This document shows, piece after piece, positions 34,411 through 34,552 of a DNA stretch of 34,552 nucleotides (the first letter of the stretch is position 1; each line of letters begins with the position of its first letter). The position numbers and the translations under genes were made by a program. Location of the stretch: IMG/VR virus record IMGVR_UViG_3300021093_000213, positions 1 to 34,552 of that record. One strand, written 5' to 3'. Origin of the DNA: a virus. Lineage: Duplodnaviria > Caudoviricetes. The notes under the pieces are model-generated. The model was not told the DNA's origin. It was given only the letters and a program-made list of their open reading frames with translations, and searched no databases.

Positions 34411-34440
34411 ATTATGCTGTAAATCACTGAGTTTTGTCCA
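34411..34440 (-). promoter_or_regulatory. Possible internal promoter for the ejection-protein operon
   Basis: TGGACA-N18-CATAAT followed by a GC-rich structured leader. Confidence 0.35.
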
Positions 34441-34443
34441 TCC

Positions 34444-34552
34444 TTAGTTCCTGTCTATCTCTAGGTAGGACAGGTAAAAATTGGTGTTGGAGGCCGTGGA
34501 CCGGACTGACAGAACGTCCCCTGCTTCTAAGTGCAGGGGCACCCCGTTTAAG
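34444..34552 (-). CDS. C-terminus of a small structural protein (partial)
   Basis: ...LNGVPLHLEAGDVLSVRSTASNTNFYLSYLEIDRN*; beta-rich PL.LE.GD...SYLEI pattern. Confidence 0.6.
   Translation of the reverse strand, partial: LNGVPLHLEAGDVLSVRSTASNTNFYLSYLEIDRN

Noticed and set aside
180-34422. Numerous antisense and alternate-frame ORFs in the track (e.g. 15216-15872 +, 23256-24011 -, 27351-28112 +, 33829-34422 +)
   Set aside because: Shadows of well-supported genes; no RBS, motifs or operon fit.
1-34552. Stop-codon reassignment, introns or inteins
   Set aside because: Standard code gives dense, coupled, full-length genes; terL, polA and the helicases are normal length with contiguous motifs.

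Overview
A 34.5-kb segment of a tailed dsDNA phage genome, probably podovirus-like with a Proteobacterial host. No integrase, CRISPR, rRNA or tRNA is visible, and almost all genes are on the minus strand. Left to right: (1) a probable portal N-terminus, a 1264-aa lambda-type lysozyme/PcfJ-like multidomain protein, the terminase large subunit and a small basic protein; (2) a structured non-coding gap; (3) a 5-kb block of small early genes built from repeated promoter/palindrome/RBS cassettes (DUF932, NinX, acidic and Cys-rich proteins); (4) a resolvase-like nuclease and the terminase small subunit; (5) an AT-rich origin-like region with nested inverted repeats and iterons; (6) small middle genes; (7) a replication module (Leu762 PolA, UvrD-like helicase, AEP primase, SSB-like protein) with a divergent SNF2 helicase and PD-(D/E)XK exonuclease; (8) four large internal-virion/ejection-type genes. 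The most notable signals are a short shared 'A-x-GG-[LI]' / 'RQAGSxPxGE' tag in otherwise unrelated virion-module proteins, a co-varying palindrome placed in identical register on the early promoters, a leaderless RHH regulator, and two unannotated hydrophobic micro-ORFs. Family assignments come from motif recognition, not database searches.
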